From Desulfitobacteriaceae bacterium (lineage in GTDB: Bacteria > Bacillota > Desulfitobacteriia > Desulfitobacteriales > Desulfitobacteriaceae), in assembly GCA_049302575.1 (NCBI GenBank), contig JBAQMG010000027.1, positions 840 to 64,839 of the forward strand: a DNA stretch of 64,000 bases. Reading direction: 5' to 3'. A program made the position numbers and the translations under genes. Positions 1-9,890 of the stretch are shown here, piece after piece; positions within the stretch are counted from its first letter, which is position 1, and each line of letters begins with the position of its first letter. The notes below the pieces were generated by a model. The model did not search any database. It saw only the letters and a program-made list of their open reading frames with translations, and was not told the DNA's origin.

Positions 1-1
1 T

Positions 2-199
2 GCACCTGATGCTTTCTCGGGACTATTAGCTGTAGGTTTAACCTCTATGGTTGCCATTCAGGCGATGATCAATATGGGAGTCGTAAGTGGGGTTCTACCT
101 GTTACCGGAATTACGTTACCCTTCTTAAGTTATGGGGGAACCTCGTTGGTTTTTACTATGCTGGGAGTGGGCGTGCTGTTAAATATTTCGAGGAGGTAA
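2..199 (+). CDS. C-terminal end of an FtsW/RodA/SpoVE (SEDS) family protein, 5' truncated by the window edge
   Basis: The frame is open from the window edge to TAA at 197-199. The translation ...GVVSGVLPVTGITLPFLSYGGTSLVFTMLGVGVLLNISRR carries the conserved SEDS C-terminal PFLSYGG motif. It lies directly upstream of murG, as in Firmicute dcw clusters. Confidence 0.75.
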   Translation, partial: APDAFSGLLAVGLTSMVAIQAMINMGVVSGVLPVTGITLPFLSYGGTSLVFTMLGVGVLLNISRR

Positions 200-202
200 A
201 CC

Positions 203-1312
203 ATGCGTGTAATTGTTACTGGGGGTGGAACAGGTGGTCATATCTATCCAGCCTTGGCTATTGCTCGGGGTCTTATAGCTAAAGATTTAAAAACGAAGAT
301 TCTTTATGTGGGCACACGTGAAGGGATGGAAGCACACTTAGTACCGAACAGCGGTTTGGAGTTTGCTGGGGTATCTGGGCAGGGCTTACCGCGCAAAATT
401 GGGCTTGAGATGCTTAAAGTAGCAGGCAAAAGTTTCCAAGCTTTGTGGGAGACGAAACAGATTCTGCGCCGTTTTCACCCAGATTTGGTTGTAGGGACAG
501 GTGGTTATGTTTCAGGACCAGTAGTACTTACAGCTGCCCTATTCGGAGTTCCAACTTTGTTACACGAACAGAATGCTTTTCCCGGAATAACTAACAAGAT
601 GTTGGCCAGGGTTGTTCGGCGGGTTATGGTAACTTTTCCAGAGAGTATCGAGCATTTTGGGGCCAAAAAGAAGATAGTTAGGGTCGGTCTACCAGTGCGA
701 CCGGAAATTGGTCAAATCTCCAAGGCAGAAGGTTCAAAGCATTTCGGTTTGCGACCAGAAAACAAAACGATCTTGGTCACGGGTGGAAGTAGGGGGGCGC
801 GAACTCTTAACCAAGCAATGGTGACAGTCCTGAAAAATTTGGTCTTACGCCCTGAAATCCAGGTGATCTGGGCTACAGGGAAGGAAACCCATCAGGAAAC
901 AATCGAGGGACTAAAACGTGAGAGCATTACTTGGGAACGCCCTCGATGGAAGGTTGTTGAATATTTGGAGGATATTCCTCAAGCCTTAGCTTGTGCAGAT
1001 TTGTGTATAGGACGAGCAGGTGCTGCGTCTTTAGCGGAAATTGCTATTGCTGGAAAACCCAGTATTTTGATTCCTTATCCTTATGCGGCAGAAAATCATC
1101 AGGAACACAATGCGCGAGCTGTTGCCCAGGGTGGGGCAGCGAAGATTATTTTAGATTCTGATCTAGACGGCGAAATGCTCTGGCAAATGATTAATGAATT
1201 GCTTTCCGACTTTGCGCTGCTTAAAAGTATGAGTGCTGCGGCTAAGAACTTGGCTCAGCTGGAAGCTCTAAGCAAGATTGTTAATTTGTGTTGGGAAACC
1301 GGCTGGAGATGA
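203..1312 (+). CDS. murG: Undecaprenyl-PP-MurNAc-pentapeptide UDP-GlcNAc transferase MurG
   Basis: 369 aa. The N-terminus MRVIVTGGGTGGHIYPALAIA matches the MurG G-loop. HEQN and a C-terminal GRAGA motif are present. An AGGAGG RBS sits 5 nt upstream. The gene is in dcw context. Confidence 0.95.
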   Translation: MRVIVTGGGTGGHIYPALAIARGLIAKDLKTKILYVGTREGMEAHLVPNSGLEFAGVSGQGLPRKIGLEMLKVAGKSFQALWETKQILRRFHPDLVVGTGGYVSGPVVLTAALFGVPTLLHEQNAFPGITNKMLARVVRRVMVTFPESIEHFGAKKKIVRVGLPVRPEIGQISKAEGSKHFGLRPENKTILVTGGSRGARTLNQAMVTVLKNLVLRPEIQVIWATGKETHQETIEGLKRESITWERPRWKVVEYLEDIPQALACADLCIGRAGAASLAEIAIAGKPSILIPYPYAAENHQEHNARAVAQGGAAKIILDSDLDGEMLWQMINELLSDFALLKSMSAAAKNLAQLEALSKIVNLCWETGWR

Positions 1313-1560
1313 TCGATGCACGAGGTTCGAGGCACGATGCTCGAAGAGTGAACTCGACGTGCATATTCGAGGCACGAGGCGAGATGCACGAAGAGTGATT
1401 ATCGAGCCTCGCGCATCGCGCCTCGAACCTCGCATTTGCTTCGTTTCACCGAGCCTAGAGCCTCAAACCCCGAACCCCGAACTAAGCGTTTATTTATCGA
1501 GCCTCGTGCCTCGAGCTTCGTACTTCGAATTCGCACCTCTTTTGACCGTTCTGCATAACA
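1313..1560. repeat. Roughly 250 bp intergenic block of CGAGG/TCGAGGC-type short units and their reverse complements, forming a long imperfect palindrome
   Basis: The first half carries cgaggttcgaggcacg and attcgaggcacgaggc. The second half carries the complements gcctcgaacctcg and gagcctcgtgcctcgag. The 104-aa ORF predicted here is low-complexity repeat translation. Confidence 0.7.
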
Positions 1561-1598
1561 TAAGGCAGTCAAAAGATTTGTGGAAGGAGTGAATCAAG

Positions 1599-2411
1599 GT
1601 GTGGCCGAGGCGGAAGGTTAGACTCATTACTACAGCTTCCTCAAATGGGTCGCAGGGAGTTCAAACTTTGTTGGAAGCGCTAAACATCGACTATGATGTT
1701 TATAGTTGGACGGAGGAACTTGTTGAAGATATTTCTGATTTTCCTGATCCATGGTTTACCAAGGGTGTATATTGGCCTGAAGTGAGGGCAACGGAATTAA
1801 TGTCAGGGGAAACAATTTCAGGTTGCGACGAGCAACAAACGATCCAAGACTATTTACATAACTTGTGGGAAGGTGAAATACTTATACCTGTTTCCGAGTG
1901 CTGTGTTTTGTGGAAGGACCGTCCTTTGATATGGACATTATTAAACGAGGCTGGTTTTGAAGCTTCACTGCTTTGGCAAAATGGGGAACAATGGTTGGCG
2001 GAAAGAGGTCGAGGAATGATCTGGGTGGTACCCTCGAACTGGCTTTGCTCAGTGGCTGGGGGAACATTTATGGGAAGGCCTAAGGTGCTTATCAGTAAGC
2101 AGACTTCATGGAGGATACGTGAGCAAGCCGTTGATTTTTATGCAGGACCAGCTTGTCATAAATTTTTTGGAACATTACCACGTTGGCCTGAGCGGGACTT
2201 AGAACAAACTGCCTATGAGACGATTGGCTTAGCTCTGGATTTGGGAATTTCTTGGTTTGATATAAAACAGATCTTAACTAAGGTTTGGAACTATGAATTA
2301 GGTGAGTCGATGAGGTGCAAAGATGATGATACTGGACAATTTGCCGGGACGCAAAGAGAGGAATTTTCCTTTGCGCGATTTGACGACTTGGAAAATAGGT
2401 GGACCGGCTGA
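1599..2411 (+). CDS. Hypothetical Trp-rich protein (270 aa) between murG and murB
   Basis: Long ORF with a GTG start 9 nt after AGGAG. I recognise no family. It has about 16 Trp residues. It overlaps the murB start by 89 nt. Confidence 0.5.
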   Translation: MWPRRKVRLITTASSNGSQGVQTLLEALNIDYDVYSWTEELVEDISDFPDPWFTKGVYWPEVRATELMSGETISGCDEQQTIQDYLHNLWEGEILIPVSECCVLWKDRPLIWTLLNEAGFEASLLWQNGEQWLAERGRGMIWVVPSNWLCSVAGGTFMGRPKVLISKQTSWRIREQAVDFYAGPACHKFFGTLPRWPERDLEQTAYETIGLALDLGISWFDIKQILTKVWNYELGESMRCKDDDTGQFAGTQREEFSFARFDDLENRWTG

Positions 2412-3207
2412 ATATGCTTATTGGCCTCCGAATTGTCAGAACTTAGTTGAAGCAGTTAAAAGGGTTAAGGCAGCCGGAATTCCTTTATGGATCATAGGCC
2501 GGGGCTCGAATCTTTTGATTGCTGATCAGGGACTTCCCGGTTTAACGATCATCTGTACGGCTCTGCAAAAGATTACTTGGGGTGATTATAAAGTTAGTGT
2601 CGAAGCAGGGTATAGTTTGGCCCGTTTAGCCCAAGAAGCAGGCGAACGCGCCTGGAGCGGCTTGGAATTTGCCAGGGGAATTCCCGGAACTGTTGGCGGA
2701 GCACTTATTATGAACGCGGGTGCCTATGGTTGTGAAATTGCCCAAAAGATTTTAGAGGTTAGGGTATTAGTGGATGGAGAGTTAAAGAAGCTAAAAAGCT
2801 CTGATCTGAAATTTGCTTATCGGGAGAGTTCCTTGCGCGGCAAGGCCTTGGTTTTGGAAGCGGAGTTCGACTTCGAACCTGGCGAGAGAGCTCAGATTTT
2901 CACCAGCATGAAAAATAACTTAGCCAAAAGAAGAGCCACTCAACCCCTAGACTTACCTAATGCCGGGAGTGTTTTTAGAAATCCCCCGGGGGATTCTGCC
3001 GGGCGCATACTTGAAGTTGCCGGCTGGAAAGGCAAAAGTAGGGGTGGAGCTCTTGTTTCCGTCAAACATGCCAATTTCATCGTTAATGCAGGGGGAGCAA
3101 CTGCGTCTGACGTGCTGAGTTTAATGGACGCCATAAGAGAAGATATCTTAGTAAAGTTCGGTATAGAATTACAGACGGAAGTAGAATACTTAACATTGAG
3201 GGGGTAA
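2323..3207 (+). CDS. murB: UDP-N-acetylenolpyruvoylglucosamine reductase MurB
   Basis: 294 aa. Motifs include TTWKIGGPAEY, IIGRGSNLL, GIPGTVGGA and NAGSVFRNP, typical of the MurB FAD-binding and C-terminal domains. Confidence 0.93.
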   Translation: MMILDNLPGRKERNFPLRDLTTWKIGGPAEYAYWPPNCQNLVEAVKRVKAAGIPLWIIGRGSNLLIADQGLPGLTIICTALQKITWGDYKVSVEAGYSLARLAQEAGERAWSGLEFARGIPGTVGGALIMNAGAYGCEIAQKILEVRVLVDGELKKLKSSDLKFAYRESSLRGKALVLEAEFDFEPGERAQIFTSMKNNLAKRRATQPLDLPNAGSVFRNPPGDSAGRILEVAGWKGKSRGGALVSVKHANFIVNAGGATASDVLSLMDAIREDILVKFGIELQTEVEYLTLRG

Positions 3208-3212
3208 GTGTA

Positions 3213-4481
3213 ATGACTATGGATCGTTATGTCATTACGGGAAAACAGAGTCTCGAAGGAACTATTAGGGTGAGCGGAGCGAAAAATGCTTCTCTCCCTT
3301 TGCTAGCCGCTTCGTTATTGGTAGAAGGTACATCAACCTTATTGGAAATTCCCCGACTAGCCGATATTTCTCATATGATTAAGGTTTTAGAACATTTAGG
3401 TTGTCGAGTAGAACGACAGAATGAAGCTTTATTAATCAATGCAGGATCACTTGAACGTTGGGAAGTTGATGAGAGTTTAATGCGTCAGATGCGGGCTTCA
3501 AACCTTATATTGGGACCTATTTTAGCTCGGAGCGGGCGTGTGCGCATAGCCAGACCTGGTGGGTGTGCTATTGGTTCACGTCCTATGGATCAACATATTA
3601 AAGGTTTAATGGATCTTGGGGTAAAGGTTCGAGAGAAGCATGGCTACATTGAAGCTTGGACAGACCAATTACACGGCGCAGATGTTTATTTGGATGTTCC
3701 TAGTGTTGGGGCCACAGAAAACATTATGATGGCGGCAGTACTTGCCAAGGGAGTAACCTTAATTCATAATGCGGCTAGAGAACCGGAGATTATTGATTTA
3801 CAGAATTTCCTGACTAAAATGGGGGCCAAGGTTCGAGGAGCAGGGATGGATACCCTCCGGATTGATGGGGTTGACTTCCTAAAGCCAGTGGAGCATACGG
3901 TGATCCCGGATCGTATCGAAGCAGGTACACATTTAGTAGCCGCAGTTATGACCCAGGGAGATATTGAAGTACAGAATGTAATCCCTAAACATTTGGATTT
4001 AATCATTGCTAAACTTCGTCAGACTGGGGCTGAAATATGGCAAGGTAGTGACTTTGTGCGTGTGCGTCAGAGCACTAAGATTAGGCCTGTTGATTGTAAG
4101 ACTATGGCTTACCCAGGGTTTCCGACGGATATGCAACCACAATTCATGGCGATGTTGGCTTGTGCTGAAGGCACTAGTATTATAACTGAAACGATTTTTG
4201 AAAATCGCTTTCAACATGTCGATGAATTGCGTCGGATGGGTGCAAATATCACAGTAGAGGGTAGAACAGCGATTATTCGGGGGGCGCCAACTTTGGAAGG
4301 TGCTTTTGTTGAGGCGACAGATTTACGTGCGGGAGCGGCTTTATTTTTAGCTGCTTTAGCTGCGGAGGAAGTCACAGTACTCGAAAATGTTGACTATATT
4401 GATCGTGGTTACGAAAACCTTGAAGAAAAGTATAAGCAAATTGGTGCAAAATTGCGCCGGGTAATTCCGCACGCGTCTTAA
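3213..4481 (+). CDS. murA: UDP-N-acetylglucosamine 1-carboxyvinyltransferase MurA
   Basis: 422 aa. Motifs include [14 protein letters not shown], a catalytic Cys context ([15 protein letters not shown]), and FENRF..ELRRMGA. Confidence 0.95.
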   Translation: MTMDRYVITGKQSLEGTIRVSGAKNASLPLLAASLLVEGTSTLLEIPRLADISHMIKVLEHLGCRVERQNEALLINAGSLERWEVDESLMRQMRASNLILGPILARSGRVRIARPGGCAIGSRPMDQHIKGLMDLGVKVREKHGYIEAWTDQLHGADVYLDVPSVGATENIMMAAVLAKGVTLIHNAAREPEIIDLQNFLTKMGAKVRGAGMDTLRIDGVDFLKPVEHTVIPDRIEAGTHLVAAVMTQGDIEVQNVIPKHLDLIIAKLRQTGAEIWQGSDFVRVRQSTKIRPVDCKTMAYPGFPTDMQPQFMAMLACAEGTSIITETIFENRFQHVDELRRMGANITVEGRTAIIRGAPTLEGAFVEATDLRAGAALFLAALAAEEVTVLENVDYIDRGYENLEEKYKQIGAKLRRVIPHAS

Positions 4482-4563
4482 ATTGTCGAAAGTTTTTTTT
4501 GCGAAAGGGCATGACGAGATACTAAGTATTCGTTATACTTGGAATAGGGAGGATTAATAACCA

Positions 4564-5289
4564 ATGCAACCCAAGAAAACGAATACTTCTTTTCTTTATT
4601 TGATGGTGCTAATTATCTTAATTTCATTAGGTCTGGTATTCTTTTTGCGTTCCGGTTTCTTTGCAGTACAGAAGGTTGATTTTCAAGGACTTTCTAATAT
4701 TCCTGTAGGGGAAATGCAAAAATTAGCGGGTCTAGTTCAAGGCGAAAATATTTTCCTGTTTGACCAAAATGTACTAAGTCGAAGACTAAATTTACATCCA
4801 CTTGTACAAAATGTGAGTTTTCAAAGGAAATTGCCCCATACTTTAATTGTACAGGTCACTGAAAGGACACCCTTCGCCTTGGTTCTTGTCCCCAAAGGTA
4901 TTTTAGAGGTAGATTCTCAAGGGGTTTTTTTGAGGAGATTAGAGAGTTGGCCTAATAAGGATAATCCTGTGATCGACGGAATGAGTATTTCGGAATCAGC
5001 GGGACCAGGTCAAAATATTTCTACACCTCCTTTAACATCAGCCCTCCTTTTACTTGGACAAGCCCCCAAGGCTCTGCTGCCATTAATTGGTGAAGTTCAT
5101 GTTAATTCTATCCAACAAATGACTCTTTTTTTGATCAGCGGTGTAGAAGTTCGTTTGGGTCAGGCTGAAGACTGGAAAGCTAAGCTTGCTTCGTTGTTTC
5201 AACTTTTGAATGATAAGGGCTATCAATCGTTTCAACAAGGAGTACGCTATATTGATTTTACAGCGGCCAAGCCAGTCATAGGCCGCTGA
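4564..5289 (+). CDS. ftsQ: Cell division protein FtsQ/DivIB (POTRA domain)
   Basis: 241 aa with a single N-terminal TM segment, followed by a POTRA-like segment (VQKVDFQGLSNIP...NIFLFD...P.V..V.F.RKLPHTLIVQVTER). Its position after the mur genes is as expected. Confidence 0.85.
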   Translation: MQPKKTNTSFLYLMVLIILISLGLVFFLRSGFFAVQKVDFQGLSNIPVGEMQKLAGLVQGENIFLFDQNVLSRRLNLHPLVQNVSFQRKLPHTLIVQVTERTPFALVLVPKGILEVDSQGVFLRRLESWPNKDNPVIDGMSISESAGPGQNISTPPLTSALLLLGQAPKALLPLIGEVHVNSIQQMTLFLISGVEVRLGQAEDWKAKLASLFQLLNDKGYQSFQQGVRYIDFTAAKPVIGR

Positions 5290-5292
5290 GAG

Positions 5293-5313
5293 TCGAATAT
5301 CGAATATCGAATT
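5293..5313. repeat. Heptamer tandem repeat, TCGAATA x3
   Basis: The sequence reads tcgaata tcgaata tcgaatt, immediately after the ftsQ stop codon. Confidence 0.9.
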
Positions 5314-5326
5314 GGGGGTATCTAGG

Positions 5327-5656
5327 ATGTGGTTGCCAGCCTTAGGGCTTATTTTAGGACTAGCTATTGGATATATTAGTCCATTTTCCGTGCCAATAGA
5401 TTATGCTAAATACCTTTCAGTAGCAATCTTAGCTGCTTTGGATTCCGTCCTAGGGGGTATTAGGGCTGCTCAAGAGGAACATTTTGATAGTATGGTTTTT
5501 CTGACTGGTTTTTTTAGTAATATGCTTTTAGCAGGGTTACTGGCCTATGTTGGGGATCGCATTGGTGTTGACCTTTATTTAGCTGCAGTTGTAGCCTTTG
5601 GGGTACGCCTCTTTCAGAATCTGGCAATTATTCGTAGGCATTTACTGAAAAAATAA
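5327..5656 (+). CDS. sbp: Small basic membrane protein (Sbp/YlxX-like, DUF1290-type)
   Basis: About 110 aa, hydrophobic with a basic C-terminus (IIRRHLLKK). It occupies the position of B. subtilis sbp downstream of divIB. The ATG at 5327 is preferred over the TTG at 5312. Confidence 0.7.
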   Translation: MWLPALGLILGLAIGYISPFSVPIDYAKYLSVAILAALDSVLGGIRAAQEEHFDSMVFLTGFFSNMLLAGLLAYVGDRIGVDLYLAAVVAFGVRLFQNLAIIRRHLLKK

Positions 5657-5662
5657 GGTTAG

Positions 5663-5908
5663 GTAAATCACTATTGCACGTTCGCATGCACTGCATTTGC
5701 TACTTGATTGCCGCTAAGCCTAAACGACAAAACCTCTTTGTAGTTCTGCATGTGAACACCGCTTTTTGCCGTCCATGGCAAAAGCGGTATCAGTCCATCA
5801 GTCCATCAGTCCATCCTTGGACAAGTCCCTTGTCGTTCTTAACGCCTTATCGTCTGCTCTCGCTGACGCAAATTCCGCTAAATGACGCTCTTAGCAATAG
5901 TGATTTAC
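5663..5908. repeat. Non-coding ~245 bp segment bounded by perfect 15-bp inverted repeats (GTAAATCACTATTGC), MITE-like or structured
   Basis: The left arm is at 5663-5677 and its exact reverse complement is at 5894-5908. An internal hairpin lies at about 5759-5790. The (CAGTCCAT)x3 array lies at 5791-5816. The segment sits where ftsA is normally found. Confidence 0.4.
5791..5816. repeat. Octamer tandem repeat, CAGTCCAT x3
   Basis: The sequence reads cagtccat cagtccat cagtccat cc. Confidence 0.9.
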
Positions 5909-6103
5909 GGGCTTGGTATGGGGAATTAAAATGATAATTATACGCTAGGGACTAAAAGTCATGTCACAATACCAAGTAGCTCGTACTGGTAAAAAAGAAT
6001 TGAAAAAAGTTCAGAGAAAAAAAGGGATAATTAAATGTTATATAGAATCTCTGTAAGATAAGGATAATCGCGAGAATTACGGCGAGGGGGTCGAAATCCG
6101 TAG

Positions 6104-7162
6104 ATGCTAGAATTTGATATTGACTTAAACCAGTTTGCTGAGATTAAGGTTATTGGCGTGGGTGGGGGCGGAAATAATGCGGTGAATCGCATGATTACTG
6201 CCGGGCTTCAGGGAGTAGAGTTTGTCTCAATTAATACTGATTCACAGGCGTTACAGCTTTCACGAGCGGGACAAAAAGTGCAAATAGGAACAAAGCTTAC
6301 TAAGGGTTTGGGTGCTGGGGCCAATCCAGAGATTGGAGCCAAGGCTGCTGAGGAAAGTCGTGAGGAACTATTAAAGGTTTTAAAGGGCGCAGATATGGTT
6401 TTTGTTACTGCAGGTATGGGGGGTGGAACAGGAACTGGAGGTGCTCCTGTCGTTGCTCAAGTGGCTAAAGAGTTAGGGGCTTTAACCGTGGGTGTTGTGA
6501 CTCGTCCCTTTTCCTTTGAAGGCCGCAAGAGGGCAATGCAGGCCGAAAAGGGTATTGCAGATCTTAAAAGCAAGGTGGATACTTTAATTACTATTCCCAA
6601 TGATCGCTTGCTACAAGTAGTGGACAAGCATACCACGATTCATGAGGCTTTTCGCATCGCGGACGATGTATTGCGTCAAGGTGTCCAAGGAATTTCAGAC
6701 TTAATTGCCGTCCCCGGCTTGATCAACTTGGATTTTGCCGATGTGAAGACTATTATGATGAATACTGGTTCGGCCCTTATGGGCATTGGGCAGGCAACGG
6801 GTGAGAACAGAGCCGTGGATGCTGCACGCAAGGCAATTTCTAGTCCATTATTGGAAACTTCAATTGAAGGAGCCAAAGGAGTCCTCCTGAATATTACCGG
6901 TGGACAAAATCTGACTCTGTTTGAGGTCAATGAAGCTTCAGAAATTATTGCTGCGGCCGCAGACCCAGAAGCTAATATTATCTTCGGCGCTGTAATTGAT
7001 GACAATATGAAAGAAGAAGTTCGGGTTACCGTCATTGCGACGGGTTTTGATCAGCGTGCTCTGGTTCTGCCTACACATGCTAAAGCGCAAGACCGAATTA
7101 TTCTTCCTGTGACCAATGATTCGGATCTAGATATACCTGAATTTTTACGCCGCCGACGCTAG
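6104..7162 (+). CDS. ftsZ: Cell division GTPase FtsZ
   Basis: 352 aa. Motifs include [17 protein letters not shown] and the tubulin signature [11 protein letters not shown]. The C-terminal peptide is [12 protein letters not shown]. Confidence 0.97.
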   Translation: MLEFDIDLNQFAEIKVIGVGGGGNNAVNRMITAGLQGVEFVSINTDSQALQLSRAGQKVQIGTKLTKGLGAGANPEIGAKAAEESREELLKVLKGADMVFVTAGMGGGTGTGGAPVVAQVAKELGALTVGVVTRPFSFEGRKRAMQAEKGIADLKSKVDTLITIPNDRLLQVVDKHTTIHEAFRIADDVLRQGVQGISDLIAVPGLINLDFADVKTIMMNTGSALMGIGQATGENRAVDAARKAISSPLLETSIEGAKGVLLNITGGQNLTLFEVNEASEIIAAAADPEANIIFGAVIDDNMKEEVRVTVIATGFDQRALVLPTHAKAQDRIILPVTNDSDLDIPEFLRRRR

Positions 7163-7166
7163 TATT

Positions 7167-7240
7167 CGAGGCACGAGGCACGATTGTGAATTGGTTTTTT
7201 TCGTCCTTGATTATGCATTATGCATTATGTATTATGAATT
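7167..7240. repeat. Two heptamer arrays after ftsZ, CGAGGCA x2-3 (7167-7187) and TTATGCA x4 (7211-7240)
   Basis: The sequences read cgaggca cgaggca cgattgt, and ttatgca ttatgca ttatgta ttatgaa. Confidence 0.85.
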
Positions 7241-7243
7241 AAG

Positions 7244-7287
7244 CAGGAAAAACGCTCACCCTTGGTGAGCGTTTTTCCTGTTATTTG
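7244..7287 (+). terminator. Rho-independent terminator of ftsZ
   Basis: A 16-17 bp stem, caggaaaaacgctcacc / gtgagcgtttttcctg, has a cttg loop and is followed by ttatttg. Confidence 0.8.
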
Positions 7288-7349
7288 CTACGAAATCTAC
7301 AGAACTCGTACTTGTTTGCTTAATAATGCCATTTGCTGCCATCGCAAAG

Positions 7350-7381
7350 CGACAGGTTTCATTCCTTATCTCGGGTATAAT
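7350..7381 (+). promoter_or_regulatory. Candidate spoIIG-type promoter
   Basis: TATAAT lies at 7376-7381. A CGACAG element (a TTGACA-like, reverse 0A-box-like AGCGACA) lies 20 nt upstream. The over-long spacer resembles the Spo0A-dependent spoIIG promoter of Bacillus. This call rests on sequence pattern only. Confidence 0.3.
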
Positions 7382-7411
7382 TTGGAGAGAAGGGAAATTA
7401 GAAAGGATTAA

Positions 7412-8326
7412 GTGAAGATGGGCGTTGGAACCTATCTGGATTTGGCTTTATTAATTAATGGGGGGATGGACGCATTTTTACTTATTGTAACTGGGCGAAT
7501 GCTTAATAATCCCATAAAATCTCTACGAGTATTTTACGGAGCCTTACTTGGAGAGATTCCTGTATTATTTGCCTTAGGTCCAACAACAATTTGGTTAACT
7601 TTAAGTAAGGTTTTAATCCCTATGTTGATGGTGTGGATTACTTTTCCAACCAGAGACTTCCAAAGACTAGGCAAAACACTCACTGTTTTTTGGTTGTTGT
7701 CTGCGGGCTTGGGCGGGTTTGTTTATGCATTATGGGGGTGGGTTAATTTTCAGGGGGCGCTCGGAAGTGGAACTTTAGACTTAGCGCTAGACAAGAGTTG
7801 GCTACTCCCACTAGCGGCTTTTTTATGGTGGAGAGGGCAATTTGCTTGGCAGCGTTGGCGTAAGCAGCAAATAGTTTTAGATCAAGGGCTTTATGATTTG
7901 GAGATTGACTTTGGTGAAGATGGTGGTATTGCTAAAGTCAAAGCCCTGCTAGATACTGGGAATCATTTGCGGGATCCACTGAACAACGTACCTGTAATTC
8001 TCTTGGAAGAGGAAGTGGCCGCTGCTTTAATGCCAGAAAGATTACGTTGTTTTCTTCAAACCCCTTGGCAAGAAAGTCCCGATCCTTGGCCATTCTTGTG
8101 GAAAAATAATCCTGAATTACTCAAAAGTCTGGTTTTCATACCCTATCAGGGGATCGGTCGTCAAAGCTGGCTTCTAGGTGTACGTCCGCGGCGGGTGTGC
8201 TTTAATGAAAAAACTGGAAAAAAAGAATTTTCAGCTACGATTGCTTTGGTCCAACAAGTATTAAGTCCCGAAGGAAGTTATCAGGCTCTAATTCATCCGG
8301 AACATATTCAGAAAGGAGAAATTTAA
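7412..8326 (+). CDS. spoIIGA: Sporulation sigma-E precursor processing peptidase SpoIIGA
   Basis: 304 aa. The multi-TM N-terminus is (Y)LDLALLINGGMDAFLLIVTG. The aspartic protease motif LLDTGN is present. The gene is immediately upstream of sigE. The start may be the ATG at 7418. Confidence 0.9.
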   Translation: MKMGVGTYLDLALLINGGMDAFLLIVTGRMLNNPIKSLRVFYGALLGEIPVLFALGPTTIWLTLSKVLIPMLMVWITFPTRDFQRLGKTLTVFWLLSAGLGGFVYALWGWVNFQGALGSGTLDLALDKSWLLPLAAFLWWRGQFAWQRWRKQQIVLDQGLYDLEIDFGEDGGIAKVKALLDTGNHLRDPLNNVPVILLEEEVAAALMPERLRCFLQTPWQESPDPWPFLWKNNPELLKSLVFIPYQGIGRQSWLLGVRPRRVCFNEKTGKKEFSATIALVQQVLSPEGSYQALIHPEHIQKGEI

Positions 8327-8329
8327 TCA

Positions 8330-9061
8330 ATGAAGTTGTGGCAAGAGGTCCAATTTAAGCTCAACTATTTTTGGCTATTTTTGAGACGTAAACTCTTCAG
8401 ACTTACTGGAAAGGGAATTTACTATGTTGGGAGTAGCGAAGCACTACCCCCGCCCTTAAATTCTGAGGAAGAGGGAATTCTCTTAGAACGTTTAGAATTG
8501 GGAGATTCTTTAGTTAGGGACATTTTGATTGAGAGAAATTTGCGTTTAGTTGTTTATATTGCCCGTAAATTCGAAAATACTGGGATAGGGATTGAAGATC
8601 TGGTTTCCATTGGTACAATTGGACTTATCAAAGCAGTCAATACGTTTGATCCGCAAAAAAAAATCAAGTTAGCAACGTATGCTTCGCGTTGCATTGAAAA
8701 TGAAATTTTAATGTATTTGAGGCGGAATAACAAAACGCGTTCGGAGGTTTCTTTCGACGAGCCTTTGAATATTGACTGGGATGGCAATGAATTGCTGTTA
8801 TCGGATGTTATGGGAACGGAAGTAGATGTTATTTCCCGTCCAATAGAGGAAGAAGTGGATCGGCAACTTCTTTACTTAGCTATGGGGAGGCTCACTGAAC
8901 GTGAAAAACTAATTATGGAATTAAGGTTTGGGATAGATAATGGAGAGGAGAAAACTCAAAAAGAGGTGGCTGATCGTTTGGGGATATCACAGTCTTATAT
9001 TTCGCGTTTAGAAAAACGAATTATACGCAGACTCCGTAAAGAATTTAGTCGATTAGAATAA
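8330..9061 (+). CDS. sigE: RNA polymerase sporulation sigma factor SigE (pro-sigma-E)
   Basis: 243 aa. The pro-sequence followed by [13 protein letters not shown] matches the pro-sigma-E cleavage region. Sigma70 regions 2 and 4 are present ([21 protein letters not shown]). Confidence 0.95.
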   Translation: MKLWQEVQFKLNYFWLFLRRKLFRLTGKGIYYVGSSEALPPPLNSEEEGILLERLELGDSLVRDILIERNLRLVVYIARKFENTGIGIEDLVSIGTIGLIKAVNTFDPQKKIKLATYASRCIENEILMYLRRNNKTRSEVSFDEPLNIDWDGNELLLSDVMGTEVDVISRPIEEEVDRQLLYLAMGRLTEREKLIMELRFGIDNGEEKTQKEVADRLGISQSYISRLEKRIIRRLRKEFSRLE

Positions 9062-9116
9062 CAGAGTTGATCCTCGGGCATACTCTCGAAAGGAAATTTT
9101 CTGGGAGGTGCTCGAA

Positions 9117-9890
9117 TTGGCCTTTAACAAAGTTGAAATTTGTGGAGTGAACACTTCGAAGTTACCAGTACTCAAAAGTGCTGCCATGAAAGAGTTATTT
9201 ATTGCCTACCAAGCGGGAGATCGTAGTTGTAGAGAAAAGCTGATCCATGGTAATCTTCGCTTAGTATTAAGCGTTATTCAGAGATTTACCAACCGTGGGG
9301 AGTTTGTTGATGATCTCTTTCAAGTTGGTAGCATTGGCTTGATGAAAGCGATTGATAACTTTGATCTTGGTCAGGAAGTCAAGTTTTCTACTTACGCTGT
9401 CCCGATGATTATTGGGGAAATTCGTCGGTATTTAAGAGACAACAATCCTATTCGGGTGAGTCGTTCGTTACGTGATACCGCTTATAAAGCGTTACAAGTA
9501 AGGGATCAACTTGTCAGTGAATGTTCCCGTGAACCAACCGTGACCGAGATTGCCAATAAACTTACTCTGCCACGTGAAGAGGTTATATTTGCCCTAGATG
9601 CAATTCAGGAACCTATCTCGCTCTTTGAACCAATTTATCATGATGGAGGCGATCCGATCTTTGTCATGGATCAGATTGGTGATGACCGGCATAATGACAA
9701 TGGTTGGCTTGAGGGATTAGCAGTACGCGAGGCTTTGCGTAGGCTTGGAGAAAGAGAAAAGTTAATTCTATCACTGCGTTTTTTTAATGGAAAAACTCAA
9801 ATGGAAGTGGCTGATGAAATCGGGATTTCCCAAGCACAAGTTTCAAGATTGGAAAAGGCGGCCCTTAATCATATGCGCAAGTTTGTGTAA
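9117..9890 (+). CDS. sigG: RNA polymerase sporulation sigma factor SigG
   Basis: The N-terminus (M)AFNKVEICGVNTSKLPVLK is diagnostic of SigG. GNLRLVLSVIQRF is also present. The TTG at 9117, 8 nt after GGGAGG, is preferred. The ORF track gives a GTG at 9108. Confidence 0.93.
   Translation: MAFNKVEICGVNTSKLPVLKSAAMKELFIAYQAGDRSCREKLIHGNLRLVLSVIQRFTNRGEFVDDLFQVGSIGLMKAIDNFDLGQEVKFSTYAVPMIIGEIRRYLRDNNPIRVSRSLRDTAYKALQVRDQLVSECSREPTVTEIANKLTLPREEVIFALDAIQEPISLFEPIYHDGGDPIFVMDQIGDDRHNDNGWLEGLAVREALRRLGEREKLILSLRFFNGKTQMEVADEIGISQAQVSRLEKAALNHMRKFV

Noticed and set aside
1278-1592. 104-aa ORF between murG and the next gene
   Set aside because: It lies entirely in the CGAGG-type repeat block. Its translation is low-complexity (RGTR/EPR), it has no RBS, and it overlaps the murG end.
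5674-5934. 86-aa ORF in the sbp-ftsZ spacer, a possible ftsA remnant
   Set aside because: It has no similarity to FtsA (actin-fold motifs are absent). It contains the translated CAGTCCAT repeat, and it lies inside the inverted-repeat-bounded element.
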